Of a stretch of DNA of 64,000 bases, positions 1-9,437 are shown piece by piece (position 1 is the first letter of the stretch; the number at the start of each line of letters is the position of its first letter). The DNA lies in assembly GCA_964566535.1 (NCBI GenBank), contig CAZMIO010000003.1, forward strand, positions 1 to 64,000. The letters run 5' to 3'. The stretch comes from an uncultured Methanosarcinales archaeon. Lineage in GTDB: Archaea; Nanobdellota; Nanobdellia; Woesearchaeales; CAZOXR01. The notes under the pieces were generated by a model. The model was given only the letters and a program-made list of their open reading frames with translations, ran no database searches and was not told the origin of the DNA. The position numbers and the translations under genes were made by a program.

Positions 1-203
1 ATCTCATATTCCTTAACTAACAATACCATAAAGAACAGTAAAACAACTATCCCTGCAAGAATTAAAGTAAATCCATCTGTGGTATCTCCAACAAAAGCAG
101 TCCACAAACCATAACCGATTATAGCCATTCCAATCCAAAGAAACTTATCAAGAACTAACTTTAATATTTCAAATTCTTCTGCAACTGTAAGTCGTTTTTT
201 CAT
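1..203 (-). CDS. Small two-TM membrane protein, tandem paralog of 225..437; 3' end cut by window edge
   Basis: Manual translation MKKRLTVAEEFEILKLVLDKFLWIGMAIIGYGLW...LLVKEYE, aligns with the neighbouring ORF; not in ORF track. Confidence 0.85.
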   Translation of the reverse strand, partial: MKKRLTVAEEFEILKLVLDKFLWIGMAIIGYGLWTAFVGDTTDGFTLILAGIVVLLFFMVLLVKEYE

Positions 204-224
204 TGTAAATAAAAAAGATAAAAA

Positions 225-437
225 TTAAGAAATTACTTCATATTCCTTAACAATCAGAACCATAAGTATTACTAGCACTATCGCTCCAATTATCATCCAC
301 ATTATCCCAGTTGAGAACGACTGTGTGAATATCATGTACAGACCATAAAGCATGATTATTGCTCCTATCCAGAGGAACTTATCAAGAACCAACTTCATAA
401 TCTCGAATTCTTCGGATTGCGTTAATCTTTTTTTCAT
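225..437 (-). CDS. Small two-TM membrane protein
   Basis: MKKRLTQSEEFEIMKLVLDKFLWIG...; ATG at 437 follows GAGGTG SD and matches paralog start (track starts at 446). Confidence 0.8.
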   Translation of the reverse strand: MKKRLTQSEEFEIMKLVLDKFLWIGAIIMLYGLYMIFTQSFSTGIMWMIIGAIVLVILMVLIVKEYEVIS

Positions 438-458
438 GATTGGCACCTCTTTTAAACT

Positions 459-995
459 TTAACCTACTTCAACAGTGAATGAGACTTTCCTATCTACTGC
501 TGCAATACCTCTTAATGTCGTACCAGAAGCATATTTCGATGTCACTGTACAAACACCAATTGTACCTGCAGATACTGAAGATGGAACACTGACTAAAATA
601 TGGCCAGTTGAATACTCGTTAACTGATACTGTCGGACTAGTAGGGATAAATGTTATACCATCAGTACACGAAACAGAGGCCGGAGCAGTAGTATGATCAC
701 CATTTTCATCTAAATTAGGATCAACACAACCTACTGCATGGGCACAATGCATTGAGACTTTAATTGGCTTTGTTTTGCCACTTTGAACAACAACATAATC
801 TTTTGAAAGGGTCAATGGGATATTAGCACTTGGCGGTGCAGGATCAGGTTCATTACCTAGCTGCTCCTTTGTAATATCCGTAACCTTCCCAAACATAGTC
901 TTAATGAAACCTAAACCTAAACCAAGCATTGTTATAGCTAGAATTAAAACAACAATAGCATTTATAGATAAACTTAAGGAACCTTTTTTGCGCAT
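459..995 (-). CDS. Archaeal type IV pilin-like protein (class III signal peptide)
   Basis: N-terminus MRKKG/SLSLSINAIVVLILAITMLGLGL: basic residues, G cleavage site, hydrophobic helix. Confidence 0.7.
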   Translation of the reverse strand: MRKKGSLSLSINAIVVLILAITMLGLGLGFIKTMFGKVTDITKEQLGNEPDPAPPSANIPLTLSKDYVVVQSGKTKPIKVSMHCAHAVGCVDPNLDENGDHTTAPASVSCTDGITFIPTSPTVSVNEYSTGHILVSVPSSVSAGTIGVCTVTSKYASGTTLRGIAAVDRKVSFTVEVG

Positions 996-1016
996 TACAA
1001 TTCACCTCTTTTTTTA

Positions 1017-1080
1017 TGTCAGAAATCGAAGATTTCTGAGCATGCTCAAGAACTATTACTTAAACTAATAGTTCTCGACA
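1017..1080. repeat. Structured REP/MITE-like palindromic element
   Basis: TGTC...GACA ends enclosing hairpin AGAAATC-GAA-GATTTCT, palindrome GAGCATGCTC and hairpin AGAACTATTA-CTTAAAC-TAATAGTTCT. Confidence 0.6.
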
Positions 1081-1185
1081 CTAATATGAATATATTACTT
1101 CCATATCATATCACATTTATAAATGTTTCGAATTTGATATAAAAAGCGAAACCTTTTAAAACCCCTTAGAACTCCCAGAATACAG

Positions 1186-1623
1186 ATGGCAAAGAAATCT
1201 AAAGGATTAAACACAGCAAAGAAATTAAGAGATAGGAGAATAAGCTCAAAATGGCACGACAGATGGTTCGTTAGGAAAACAATGAACCTAAAGCAAAAGT
1301 CAGACCCATTAAAAGGTTCATCTCAAGCTAAAGGAATAGTTCTAGAAAAAGTTCAATTAGAAGCTAAACAGCCAAACTCAGCAATGAGAAAATGTGTACG
1401 TGTACAATTAATAAAAAACGGAAAACAAATTACAGCATTCTGTCCAGGAGACGGAGCATCAAAACTTATTGACGAACACGACGAAATACTAATCGAATGT
1501 ATCGGCGGAGCAATGGGAAAATCTAAAGGAGATGTTCCAGGAGTTAGGTGGCAAGTTATCAAAGTTAACGATCAAAGCTTAGACGCTTTACTAAAAGGAA
1601 AAATCGAAAAAGCAAGAAAATGA
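1186..1623 (+). CDS. rps12: 30S ribosomal protein S12 (uS12, archaeal type)
   Basis: [15 protein letters not shown] and GDVPGVRW motifs. Confidence 0.97.
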   Translation: MAKKSKGLNTAKKLRDRRISSKWHDRWFVRKTMNLKQKSDPLKGSSQAKGIVLEKVQLEAKQPNSAMRKCVRVQLIKNGKQITAFCPGDGASKLIDEHDEILIECIGGAMGKSKGDVPGVRWQVIKVNDQSLDALLKGKIEKARK

Positions 1624-2213
1624 TTAAAGCATTCAACAGATGGGGGACAGAGGACATTAAAGTTCTAGACCAGGGATTAGTAGATTATATAACCTTACAA
1701 CCAAAAATTGTTCCAAAAACAGGAGCAAGATATGCAGGTTCAAGATTCCACAAATCAAAAGTTTTCATCGTTGAAAGATTAATCAACAAATTAATGGTTC
1801 CAGGGCATAAATCAAAAAAACATTTCAGAAGCTCAGGTCACATTACTGGAAAAGCAAATAATGCTTACAACATAACTGAAAATACATTCAGGATCATAGA
1901 GAAAAAACTAAAAGAAAACCCAGTAAAAGTTTTCGTAAAAGCTTTGGAAAATGCATGCCAAAGAGAAGAGATAGTTACAATCGAATACGGGGGAGCAAGA
2001 TATCCAAAAGCAGTTGAATGTGCACCTCAAAGAAGAATCGATATCGCATTAAGATACATGACTCAAGGCGCTTTCGCAAAATCTTTCAACACAAAAAAGT
2101 CAATTGAAGATGCATTAGCTGACGAAATAATTGCAGCTTACCAATTAAACCAATCTTCAAATGCAATAGCAAAAAAATTAGAAGTTGAAAGACAATCTGA
2201 TTCTGCTAGGTAG
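1620..2213 (+). CDS. rps7: 30S ribosomal protein S7 (uS7)
   Basis: [27 protein letters not shown] motifs; follows rps12. Confidence 0.96.
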   Translation: MIKAFNRWGTEDIKVLDQGLVDYITLQPKIVPKTGARYAGSRFHKSKVFIVERLINKLMVPGHKSKKHFRSSGHITGKANNAYNITENTFRIIEKKLKENPVKVFVKALENACQREEIVTIEYGGARYPKAVECAPQRRIDIALRYMTQGAFAKSFNTKKSIEDALADEIIAAYQLNQSSNAIAKKLEVERQSDSAR

Positions 2214-2215
2214 TT

Positions 2216-3523
2216 CTACTTCAAAATATCCAAACCAGGATAGATTGGAAAGTCTTTAACCAATTCTAAAATCTCAGATTTAACACTTTCCAAAACCTTC
2301 TTATCAGAATAATTATCAATAACCTTAGCAATAGAAGCACCAATAACCTTCATCTCGGATTCCTTCATCCCACGAGTTGTAACTGCAGGAGTCCCCAATC
2401 TTAATCCAGACGGATTAAATGGAGATGCGGGTTCGTAAGGGATAGTATTTTTGTTAACAGTAATCCCTGAATCATCAAGAGCGTTCTGTAATTCCTTACC
2501 CTTACCTTCTAACCCCTTAGGTCTTAAGTCAATCATCATCAAATGATTATCAGTTCCATCAGTAACTAACTTCACACCCTGACTCATCAACTCTTCAGCA
2601 AGTGCCTTAGCATTCTTCACAATCTGTTTTGAATATTCCTTAAACTCAACGCCCAAGGCCTCATCAAAAGCAACTGCTTTTGCAGCATTAACATGATCAT
2701 GAGGTCCGCCTTGTATCCCGGGAAACACATTAAAGTCAATCATCCCAGCTAAATCCTTCTTACTCTCTTTATGGTACTTCTCCTTATACTGGTCTTCCTT
2801 CTTACACATTATAATAGCCCCACGAGGACCACGAAGTGTTTTGTGAGTCGTAGTCGTAACAACATCAGCAAACTTTACAGGACTCTGATGAACTCCAGCA
2901 GCGCACAATCCAGCAATATGCGAAATATCAGAAAAATGATAAGCTCCTACTTCATCACATATCTCCTGGAAAGCCTTAAAATCTAATTTCCGAGGATAAG
3001 CAGAAAATCCAGAGATAATCATTTTAGGTTTCTCCTTAAGGGCAATCTTCCTAACTTCATCCATATCTAATAGTCCAGTCTCCTTATCTACATTGTAAGG
3101 GGCAACATTAAACAGCCTCCCTGAAAAGTTAACAGGACTACCATGAGTTAGATGTCCGCCAGCATTAAGATCAAAACCCATAAATTTATCCTTCAGCTTA
3201 AGCAATGCCAAAAAAACTGCCATGTTTGCAGGACTTCCAGAATAAGGCTGAACATTTACATGCTCACAACCAAATAATTTCTTAGCACGAGAGATAGCAA
3301 GGTCTTCAATCACATCAACAAACTCTTGTCCCCCATAATACCTTTTATGGGGATAACCTTCAGAATATTTATTTGTAAAAACAGTAGCCATTGCCTGCAT
3401 AACAGCTTTGCTAACAAAGTTCTCAGATGGGATTAGCTCTACTCCCTCTTCAATCCTATTCATTTCGCCTTTTATAGCCTCAACAACAGCAGAATCAGTT
3501 TTAGTAATATCATTCATCAACAT
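2216..3523 (-). CDS. glyA: Serine hydroxymethyltransferase
   Basis: LIPSENF, NKYSEGYP, TTTTHKTLRGPRG (PLP lysine), GLRLGTPA. Confidence 0.97.
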   Translation of the reverse strand: MLMNDITKTDSAVVEAIKGEMNRIEEGVELIPSENFVSKAVMQAMATVFTNKYSEGYPHKRYYGGQEFVDVIEDLAISRAKKLFGCEHVNVQPYSGSPANMAVFLALLKLKDKFMGFDLNAGGHLTHGSPVNFSGRLFNVAPYNVDKETGLLDMDEVRKIALKEKPKMIISGFSAYPRKLDFKAFQEICDEVGAYHFSDISHIAGLCAAGVHQSPVKFADVVTTTTHKTLRGPRGAIIMCKKEDQYKEKYHKESKKDLAGMIDFNVFPGIQGGPHDHVNAAKAVAFDEALGVEFKEYSKQIVKNAKALAEELMSQGVKLVTDGTDNHLMMIDLRPKGLEGKGKELQNALDDSGITVNKNTIPYEPASPFNPSGLRLGTPAVTTRGMKESEMKVIGASIAKVIDNYSDKKVLESVKSEILELVKDFPIYPGLDILK

Positions 3524-3557
3524 AACAACACCTCAAAGAACCAGAAATAAACTTGTT

Positions 3558-4058
3558 TTATATTTTTTGTGGTTTTCTTCTTCCAAATATTTTTCTTCTT
3601 CTCAAACTAACTCTTTCCTTAATACGGATCCGCTCAACCATAATCTCTCTAACTAATTCAATATCTAATGCGTCCTGTTGAGCTTTCTCAATCTCTCTTT
3701 TGATTGACTCACCAACATCTTCTTCCTCTCCAACAGTTTTAAGTTTAGGCAGACTAACTCCTCCACCCATAACTTCAACAGATCTTGGCGTATAGAATTC
3801 TAAAGGAACACCTTTGATTGCATCATGTATCTCCTTCATATCCTTCTCATAACCAATCTCAATTTTACTATACTTAACATCACTAAACTGCTCTAATTCA
3901 GTCGGAGCATAAAACCGTGAAGTATATCTTGGCAAATCAGCATTAGACATAGACTCAAATGTAGCACCCAAATCTCCATGACTCATAATACTATAAACAG
4001 GACTATCTGATTTAAGAACTTCATACCCTATTGCAAATGGATTTTCATAGCTGCTCAT
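3558..4058 (-). CDS. Hypothetical protein
   Basis: 166-aa ORF in a tight minus-strand run. Confidence 0.6.
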   Translation of the reverse strand: MSSYENPFAIGYEVLKSDSPVYSIMSHGDLGATFESMSNADLPRYTSRFYAPTELEQFSDVKYSKIEIGYEKDMKEIHDAIKGVPLEFYTPRSVEVMGGGVSLPKLKTVGEEEDVGESIKREIEKAQQDALDIELVREIMVERIRIKERVSLRRRKIFGRRKPQKI

Positions 4059-4060
4059 TT

Positions 4061-4411
4061 TTAGTTTTCTGCTAGTAATTCATCAACACTATCTTTTACT
4101 CTACGAACTGTATCTGGATCCCATTCCGTATTAAAATCATAAAGTCCCCTTATTGCTTCAAGAGTGATACTTCCCTCTGGCTCAAGGCCCCCTTCTCCCA
4201 TCCTTTCTAATATAAAATCAACTCTCCTATAAAACTCAGGCCTTCCCTCAGCTATTAAACCCAGCCACTTTTCATCTTCTCTCAGTTCATACAATTGCAC
4301 ATAACCTAACGGTCCGTTTAAACCATTACTTAACAAATCATCAACTACCCCCTTAGTACTATCCCATTGCCGAGTTTCTCTTTCCTTTAAGTCCTGAAAT
4401 CTATCTGTCAT
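4061..4411 (-). CDS. Hypothetical protein
   Basis: 116-aa ORF, 1-2 bp spacing to neighbours. Confidence 0.6.
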   Translation of the reverse strand: MTDRFQDLKERETRQWDSTKGVVDDLLSNGLNGPLGYVQLYELREDEKWLGLIAEGRPEFYRRVDFILERMGEGGLEPEGSITLEAIRGLYDFNTEWDPDTVRRVKDSVDELLAEN

Positions 4412-4412
4412 C

Positions 4413-4835
4413 TTAATCTAAAATTACATCCTCATCATCATCTTTCTCAGTAGCCTTATCAATTGCATCCTCAATAGTTGTCTTTGACTTCTTCTTTTCC
4501 TCATCCACATGAACTTCAGAAACACCTTGATGTATCTCTTCAGCAACCTTCCTAACTTCTACCTCTTCAGTTTCCTCTTCATTCTTTTCATACTTCTTCT
4601 CTTCCTTAGTAACTTGAGTTTCAATTGTACTTTTATCTTCGTCACTTTTATTCTCTTCCTCTTCCTTATTACTCATATATTCACTACTTACATCTCCTTC
4701 ATTACCACCAGAATTATAATCGCTTTGCTGCTTATAAGACTCTCCAGGACCCTCTTCTTCTCCTCCGCCAGACTGATAACTACCTTCTTCCTCTTCTCCT
4801 GGAATTCCTCTTGGTTTGTATGCCATTTTTATCAA
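4413..4835 (-). CDS. Acidic low-complexity hypothetical protein
   Basis: E/K/D-rich 140 aa ORF. Confidence 0.6.
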   Translation of the reverse strand: MIKMAYKPRGIPGEEEEGSYQSGGGEEEGPGESYKQQSDYNSGGNEGDVSSEYMSNKEEEENKSDEDKSTIETQVTKEEKKYEKNEEETEEVEVRKVAEEIHQGVSEVHVDEEKKKSKTTIEDAIDKATEKDDDEDVILD

Positions 4836-4861
4836 GTATATCTTAACTATTTATTAAATTT

Positions 4862-5329
4862 TCACCTTTTGTATCCTAATCTACCAACAAAATTATCAGT
4901 AGCTTCTGCCCTAAATTCTGGATCATGAACAAACTTCTGCGTAGCTATTAAAGCATTGCCTGCTTTCTCAACCAGACTAACACGCCTAGCACTAGATCCC
5001 CTCTCATTTTCAATATCCCTCAAATAAGCTACATCTTTTTCCGCACCAGGAATATCTCCAGACACAGCTCTCCTTAATGCCCTTCTGGCGTACCTTCCTG
5101 TCTGACCACGCAAACTCCCTGCACGTTTCTCTTCTAAAAAAGGAACAAACCGTTCTTCATATTGAGCTTGCGCACCATCATCTAACTGTCCAGCAATCAA
5201 ATCAGCAACCCCTCGTCTTCTCCTATATTCTGTTTCATCCCCATTTCTAGCAGCTGTACTAGCCATACCAATACTAGCTACTAAGTCTGCCACTGTAAAA
5301 TCCCTTTCCATTGCAATCTCTGTCGTCAT
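4862..5329 (-). CDS. Hypothetical helical protein (paralog of 5337..5774)
   Basis: Shared GDETEY, RALxRxxxGD and YKR* motifs. Confidence 0.7.
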   Translation of the reverse strand: MTTEIAMERDFTVADLVASIGMASTAARNGDETEYRRRRGVADLIAGQLDDGAQAQYEERFVPFLEEKRAGSLRGQTGRYARRALRRAVSGDIPGAEKDVAYLRDIENERGSSARRVSLVEKAGNALIATQKFVHDPEFRAEATDNFVGRLGYKR

Positions 5330-5336
5330 TTTATTT

Positions 5337-5774
5337 TCACCTTTTATATTTAGTTACCTTCTCTAATCTACTAGCAATAATTTCTTTAGCACGATCCACT
5401 AATTTAGGAACTTTTTGTGCATACTCATAAGCCATCCCTCTTAGTGGGCTACCATTTAATCTATCATTAATATGTGCAACTCGAGCTAAACTTGCTTTTA
5501 CTCCACTATAATCTCCATGAAGTACTCTTTCAAGCGCTTCATAAGCCCTCTTTCCTCTTTCTCTTAGCAAACCAACTCTCCTATCTTTTTTAAGCCTAGG
5601 CTCAATTCTTTCTGCATAAAATCTTCCAACTTCTGTCCCACATTCTTCTACCAAATCTCTCGCTTTAGCAGTCAACTTCTCATATTCAGTTTCATCTCCT
5701 TTTAGACCACTACGAGTAGCTGACTTTAACAAATCACCCAATTCATCCATCCTTTTATTCCTTTCAATTGTCAT
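5337..5774 (-). CDS. Hypothetical helical protein (paralog of 4862..5329)
   Basis: Shared motifs; ATG at 5774 overlaps the RHH gene end (track start 5783). Confidence 0.7.
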   Translation of the reverse strand: MTIERNKRMDELGDLLKSATRSGLKGDETEYEKLTAKARDLVEECGTEVGRFYAERIEPRLKKDRRVGLLRERGKRAYEALERVLHGDYSGVKASLARVAHINDRLNGSPLRGMAYEYAQKVPKLVDRAKEIIASRLEKVTKYKR

Positions 5775-5910
5775 CTCTATCACCCTTCAAGAATCTCTTA
5801 GTAGCATACTCAATTAGATGACTTTTATTCCTAAATAGTCCATCCTTTATTCTATCCTCTACTTCTTTGATAGTCATATCTTCCATTGAAACTGAAATCT
5901 TCTTTTTCAT
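5764..5910 (-). CDS. Ribbon-helix-helix (CopG/Arc-like) protein, 48 aa
   Basis: Manual translation MKKKISVSMEDMTIKEVEDRIKDGLFRNKSHLIEYATKRFLKGDRDDN; beta-strand ISVS + NKSHLIEYA helix; below track cutoff. Confidence 0.75.
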   Translation of the reverse strand: MKKKISVSMEDMTIKEVEDRIKDGLFRNKSHLIEYATKRFLKGDRDDN

Positions 5911-5935
5911 AGTAAGAAGTAGCAAGAATTACCCC

Positions 5936-5951
5936 TATATAAACCTTTCGG
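5936..5951 (-). promoter_or_regulatory. BRE/TATA promoter CCGAAAGGTTTATATA (probably leaderless transcript)
   Basis: About 25 bp upstream of the RHH ATG; identical copy at 49589..49604. Confidence 0.6.
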
Positions 5952-5977
5952 TTTATAACTACTAGAAAGTAGTTACA

Positions 5978-7372
5978 CTATTCATCAGAATTATCTTCTT
6001 CTTCGCAGGCAACTTCCTTTCCCTTATTCTTAACATACTCATCAATAACACTAGCAGCCCTTTTAGCATCACCCATAGCCTTAATTACCGTAGCACTCTC
6101 ACCACTAGCAACAATATCACCACCAGCAAAAACCCCTTCAATAGAAGTCATCAAATTTTCATCAACAATAAAGTTTCCTTTTAGATTATGCCTCAATTTA
6201 CTAGATTTAGAAAGTAATGGATTAGGACCCTGCCCAATAGCAACTATTACCATATCACAATCAACTTTAAACTCAGAACCTTCCATAGCAACTGGCCTCC
6301 TCCTCCCAGACTCATCATCTTCTGCCAACCTCATCTGTACACATTCAACACCATCAACCTTATCCTCACCTAATATCTGGGAAGGAATAGTTAACAACAA
6401 AAACTCAATACCTTCTTCTTTAGCATGATAAATCTCTTCAAGTCTAGCAGGCATCTCATCAAAACCACGCCGATAAACAACAGTGACCTCAGAACCTAAC
6501 CTCCTAGCAGTTCTAGCAGCATCCATAGCAACATTACCAGCTCCAACAACAACAACTTTCTTTCCGACAAAAATAGGAGTCTTATATTCGGGAAACTTAT
6601 GCGCCTTCATCAAATTAATCCTTGTCAAAAACTCATTAGCAGTATAAACATTCCTCAAACCCTCTCCTTGAATCTTCATAAAGTAAGGCAAACCAGCACC
6701 AGAACCAACAAAAACAGCATCATACTTCCCGCAAAGCTCATCCATATCATAAAGCTTCCCAACAACAACATTCTTCCTAATCTCAACACCTAGCTCTTCA
6801 ATAAATTTAATTTCCTTCCTCACCACATCCTTCGGCAATCTAAAATCAGGAATTCCATAAGTCAACACACCGCCCGGACCATGCAAGGCTTCATACACAA
6901 CAACTCTATAACCCTTCATTGCCAAATCAGCAGCACAAGTAAGTCCAGCAGGACCAGCACCAACGACAGCAACCTTCTTCCCATTCTTAGCAATCTTTGG
7001 TACAACAACTTCCTTCTCATTATCGGCAGCATACCTCTCTAAATGTCCAATTGCAACAGGCTTATCCTGGGCAATCAAAATACATTCTTTCTCACATTGA
7101 TCCTCTTGAGGACAAACCCTCCCACAAACACCCGGAAGATTATTAGTTTTCTTAATCGTCTTAATAGCCCTATCAACCTTCCCTTCTTTAATGTGCTTGA
7201 TAAACTTAGGAATATCAATATTTACAGGGCACCCTGCAACACATTTAGGATCAGCACATTGAATACACCTTGTAGCCTCCAAAACAGCCTGCTCATCAGT
7301 ATACCCAAAATTAACCTCATCAAAGTTCTTCCTCCTCTCATCAGCTTCTTGCCTAGGCATCTCAATCTTCAT
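5978..7372 (-). CDS. NfnB/SudA-type (GltD-like) NADPH-dependent flavoprotein, large subunit
   Basis: RCIQC..C..GCP and CGRVCPQEDQCE Fe-S motifs, GAGPAG, GAGNVAMD, FAGGD. Confidence 0.9.
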   Translation of the reverse strand: MKIEMPRQEADERRKNFDEVNFGYTDEQAVLEATRCIQCADPKCVAGCPVNIDIPKFIKHIKEGKVDRAIKTIKKTNNLPGVCGRVCPQEDQCEKECILIAQDKPVAIGHLERYAADNEKEVVVPKIAKNGKKVAVVGAGPAGLTCAADLAMKGYRVVVYEALHGPGGVLTYGIPDFRLPKDVVRKEIKFIEELGVEIRKNVVVGKLYDMDELCGKYDAVFVGSGAGLPYFMKIQGEGLRNVYTANEFLTRINLMKAHKFPEYKTPIFVGKKVVVVGAGNVAMDAARTARRLGSEVTVVYRRGFDEMPARLEEIYHAKEEGIEFLLLTIPSQILGEDKVDGVECVQMRLAEDDESGRRRPVAMEGSEFKVDCDMVIVAIGQGPNPLLSKSSKLRHNLKGNFIVDENLMTSIEGVFAGGDIVASGESATVIKAMGDAKRAASVIDEYVKNKGKEVACEEEDNSDE

Positions 7373-7635
7373 TTTTTCATTCCAAGTTTCTTTCGTTTAT
7401 TTTTTAATTTTATTTATTTTTTAAATTTTTATTCATTGGTAAGTTTTTATTGATTAATTTTTTATTTATTTTATTCACTTTTTAATTTATTAAATTTTAA
7501 TGGTAAGTTTTATTGACAATCGTTTTTATTTAGTTTTCAATATTTTTTCAGTCTATTTATTTTAAGAGTTATTTTATTGGAATTTTTTATTGATATTAAT
7601 CTTTATTTTATTCATTAATCTTTTTATTTTATTAG
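7373..7635. repeat. Extremely AT-rich spacer with three degenerate repeats
   Basis: TGG(T)AA(G/T)TTTT(T)ATTGA at ~7437, ~7501, ~7578. Confidence 0.5.
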
Positions 7636-8460
7636 TTATTCTTTCTCTTTTTTACAACTCTGCTCTTTACAAGCCTCTTCATCCTTAACAAATGACCTAT
7701 TCCTATTCAACAATTCATCCCAATCAACTTTGTGGGCATCAAACTCAGGACCATCACAACATGCAAACTTTACAACTTCCTCAACCGAAACCCTGCAACA
7801 TCCACACATACCAATCCCATCAACCATTATAGGATTTAATGAAGCAATTGTCTTAATCCTATCCTTAGTCATCTTCGTAACAGCCTGCATCATAATAGGG
7901 GGACCAATAACAATAGCCCTGTTAGGTCGCTCCTCAGTCTCAATCAATTCCTTTAAAGCAGTTGTCACAAAACCCTTCTTTCCTTTACTGCCATCATCAG
8001 TACATACAACTAACCTATGTGAAACTGATTTTAACTTATCTTCCCAGAAAAGTGAACTTTTACTCTTCGCTCCAATAACCACAACAACATAATTCTTTTT
8101 CTTCTTCAAAGCCTTAGCAATCGGATATAGTGGAGCTATACCCAGTCCTCCACCAATCAACCACACCACTCCAAATTCCTCAATTCTAGAACTGTTCCCT
8201 AAAGGCCCAACAACATCAAGTAATTTATCACATTTCCTTAACTGACTAAGTTGTTCAGTAGTCTTTCCAGCAACTAAAAAGACAATTGTAACAGTTTTAC
8301 CACCAAAATCAGCAATTGTTAGCGGAACTCGTTCACCTTTCTCATCAATCCTAAGGATGATAAACTGCCCAGCTTTAGCTTTTTTAGCAATCTGAGGAGC
8401 TTCAATATCCATAAGATAAGTATTATCAGCTATTTTCTGTTTTTTTATTATTGTGTACAT
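7636..8460 (-). CDS. NfnA/SudB-type FAD/NAD-binding [2Fe-2S] subunit
   Basis: ERVPLTIAD, GGGLGIAP, MVDGIGMCGCCRV...CCDGPEFD. Confidence 0.9.
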   Translation of the reverse strand: MYTIIKKQKIADNTYLMDIEAPQIAKKAKAGQFIILRIDEKGERVPLTIADFGGKTVTIVFLVAGKTTEQLSQLRKCDKLLDVVGPLGNSSRIEEFGVVWLIGGGLGIAPLYPIAKALKKKKNYVVVVIGAKSKSSLFWEDKLKSVSHRLVVCTDDGSKGKKGFVTTALKELIETEERPNRAIVIGPPIMMQAVTKMTKDRIKTIASLNPIMVDGIGMCGCCRVSVEEVVKFACCDGPEFDAHKVDWDELLNRNRSFVKDEEACKEQSCKKEKE

Positions 8461-8461
8461 C

Positions 8462-8974
8462 TTATTTCTTAGAAACGTTCTTCTGAATCATGAATTTTCT
8501 TTTGTCAAGATCAAAAAAGTAGTCTGCTGCTTCTCGTAATTTTGATGAACTGCTTCTGCCAAAGGCCAGAACCTCAATTCTACATCCCAAAGCTCTTCTT
8601 AAATGTTCAACTAAATCTACAAAATCACCATCACCTGAAATCAAAACGATTGTATCTAACCTTGGAGCAAGCTCAATAGCATCCATAGCAATACCAATAT
8701 CCCAATCACCTTTTTTATGGCCGCCTAAAAATACCTGTAAGTCTTTGGACTTAACTTCATAACCAATATTCTCGAGAGCATCAAAAAAAGTCTTCTCCTC
8801 CTTAGCATCAGCCTTGATAACATAAGCAATAGCCCGAATCAAACTCCTTCCCCTAACAGCTTCATTTAGAATTTCCTTAAAGTTAACCTTAGATTTGTAT
8901 AAATGCTTCGCAGAATAATATAGGTTTTGCACGTCAACAAAAACCCCAACACGCTGGTGCTTAGATGGTCTCAT
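8462..8974 (-). CDS. NYN domain protein (LabA/DUF88)
   Basis: FVDVQNL, KGDWDIGIAMD, SGDGDF, LREAADYF. Confidence 0.9.
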   Translation of the reverse strand: MRPSKHQRVGVFVDVQNLYYSAKHLYKSKVNFKEILNEAVRGRSLIRAIAYVIKADAKEEKTFFDALENIGYEVKSKDLQVFLGGHKKGDWDIGIAMDAIELAPRLDTIVLISGDGDFVDLVEHLRRALGCRIEVLAFGRSSSSKLREAADYFFDLDKRKFMIQKNVSKK

Positions 8975-9079
8975 TTAAAATCTCCCCCTTTTTACAATAA
9001 TGGTATTTGCCATGTAATATATAAAGTTGATGTTTTAGCAATAATATAGTTTATATGTATCATCTGATTCATAATAAAA

Positions 9080-9322
9080 ATGCAAATATTAAGAAAGCCA
9101 TCTTTAGACGAACTAGTTAGAAATTTGGAACTTGCTATGAAGGGAGCATTAGCACTTAACAAAGTTGGAATGAGAGCTACAAAACCATTAGTTAGATTCG
9201 CTATTAGACAACTTGACAATTATATGAGGGGTATAACAACTCATTACGCTGGTCAAGCTGAAGAAAAAGTAGCTGAGGCACGAGCATACATAGACGATCT
9301 AAGAGAAAGATACGAACGTTAA
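9080..9322 (+). CDS. Hypothetical protein
   Basis: 80-aa ORF with TATA-like TTTATA upstream. Confidence 0.55.
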   Translation: MQILRKPSLDELVRNLELAMKGALALNKVGMRATKPLVRFAIRQLDNYMRGITTHYAGQAEEKVAEARAYIDDLRERYER

Positions 9323-9437
9323 CACCATTATTCAAAAACTTTATATACTCTTTCTACCAAAAAACCAGTAATAGGGGGTGAGTTAGCAGTCTATATAAAA
9401 ACAAAGGTTTTATATACAATTACTGCTCTCAAATTAT

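Noticed and set aside
1186..2213. rps12-rps7 not followed by EF-2
   Set aside because: Operon breakage is ordinary; EF-2 may lie elsewhere (dph5 is present).
4509..4928. Hydrophobic + strand ORFs and similar short antisense ORFs throughout
   Set aside because: Shadows of acidic or biased genes on the opposite strand.
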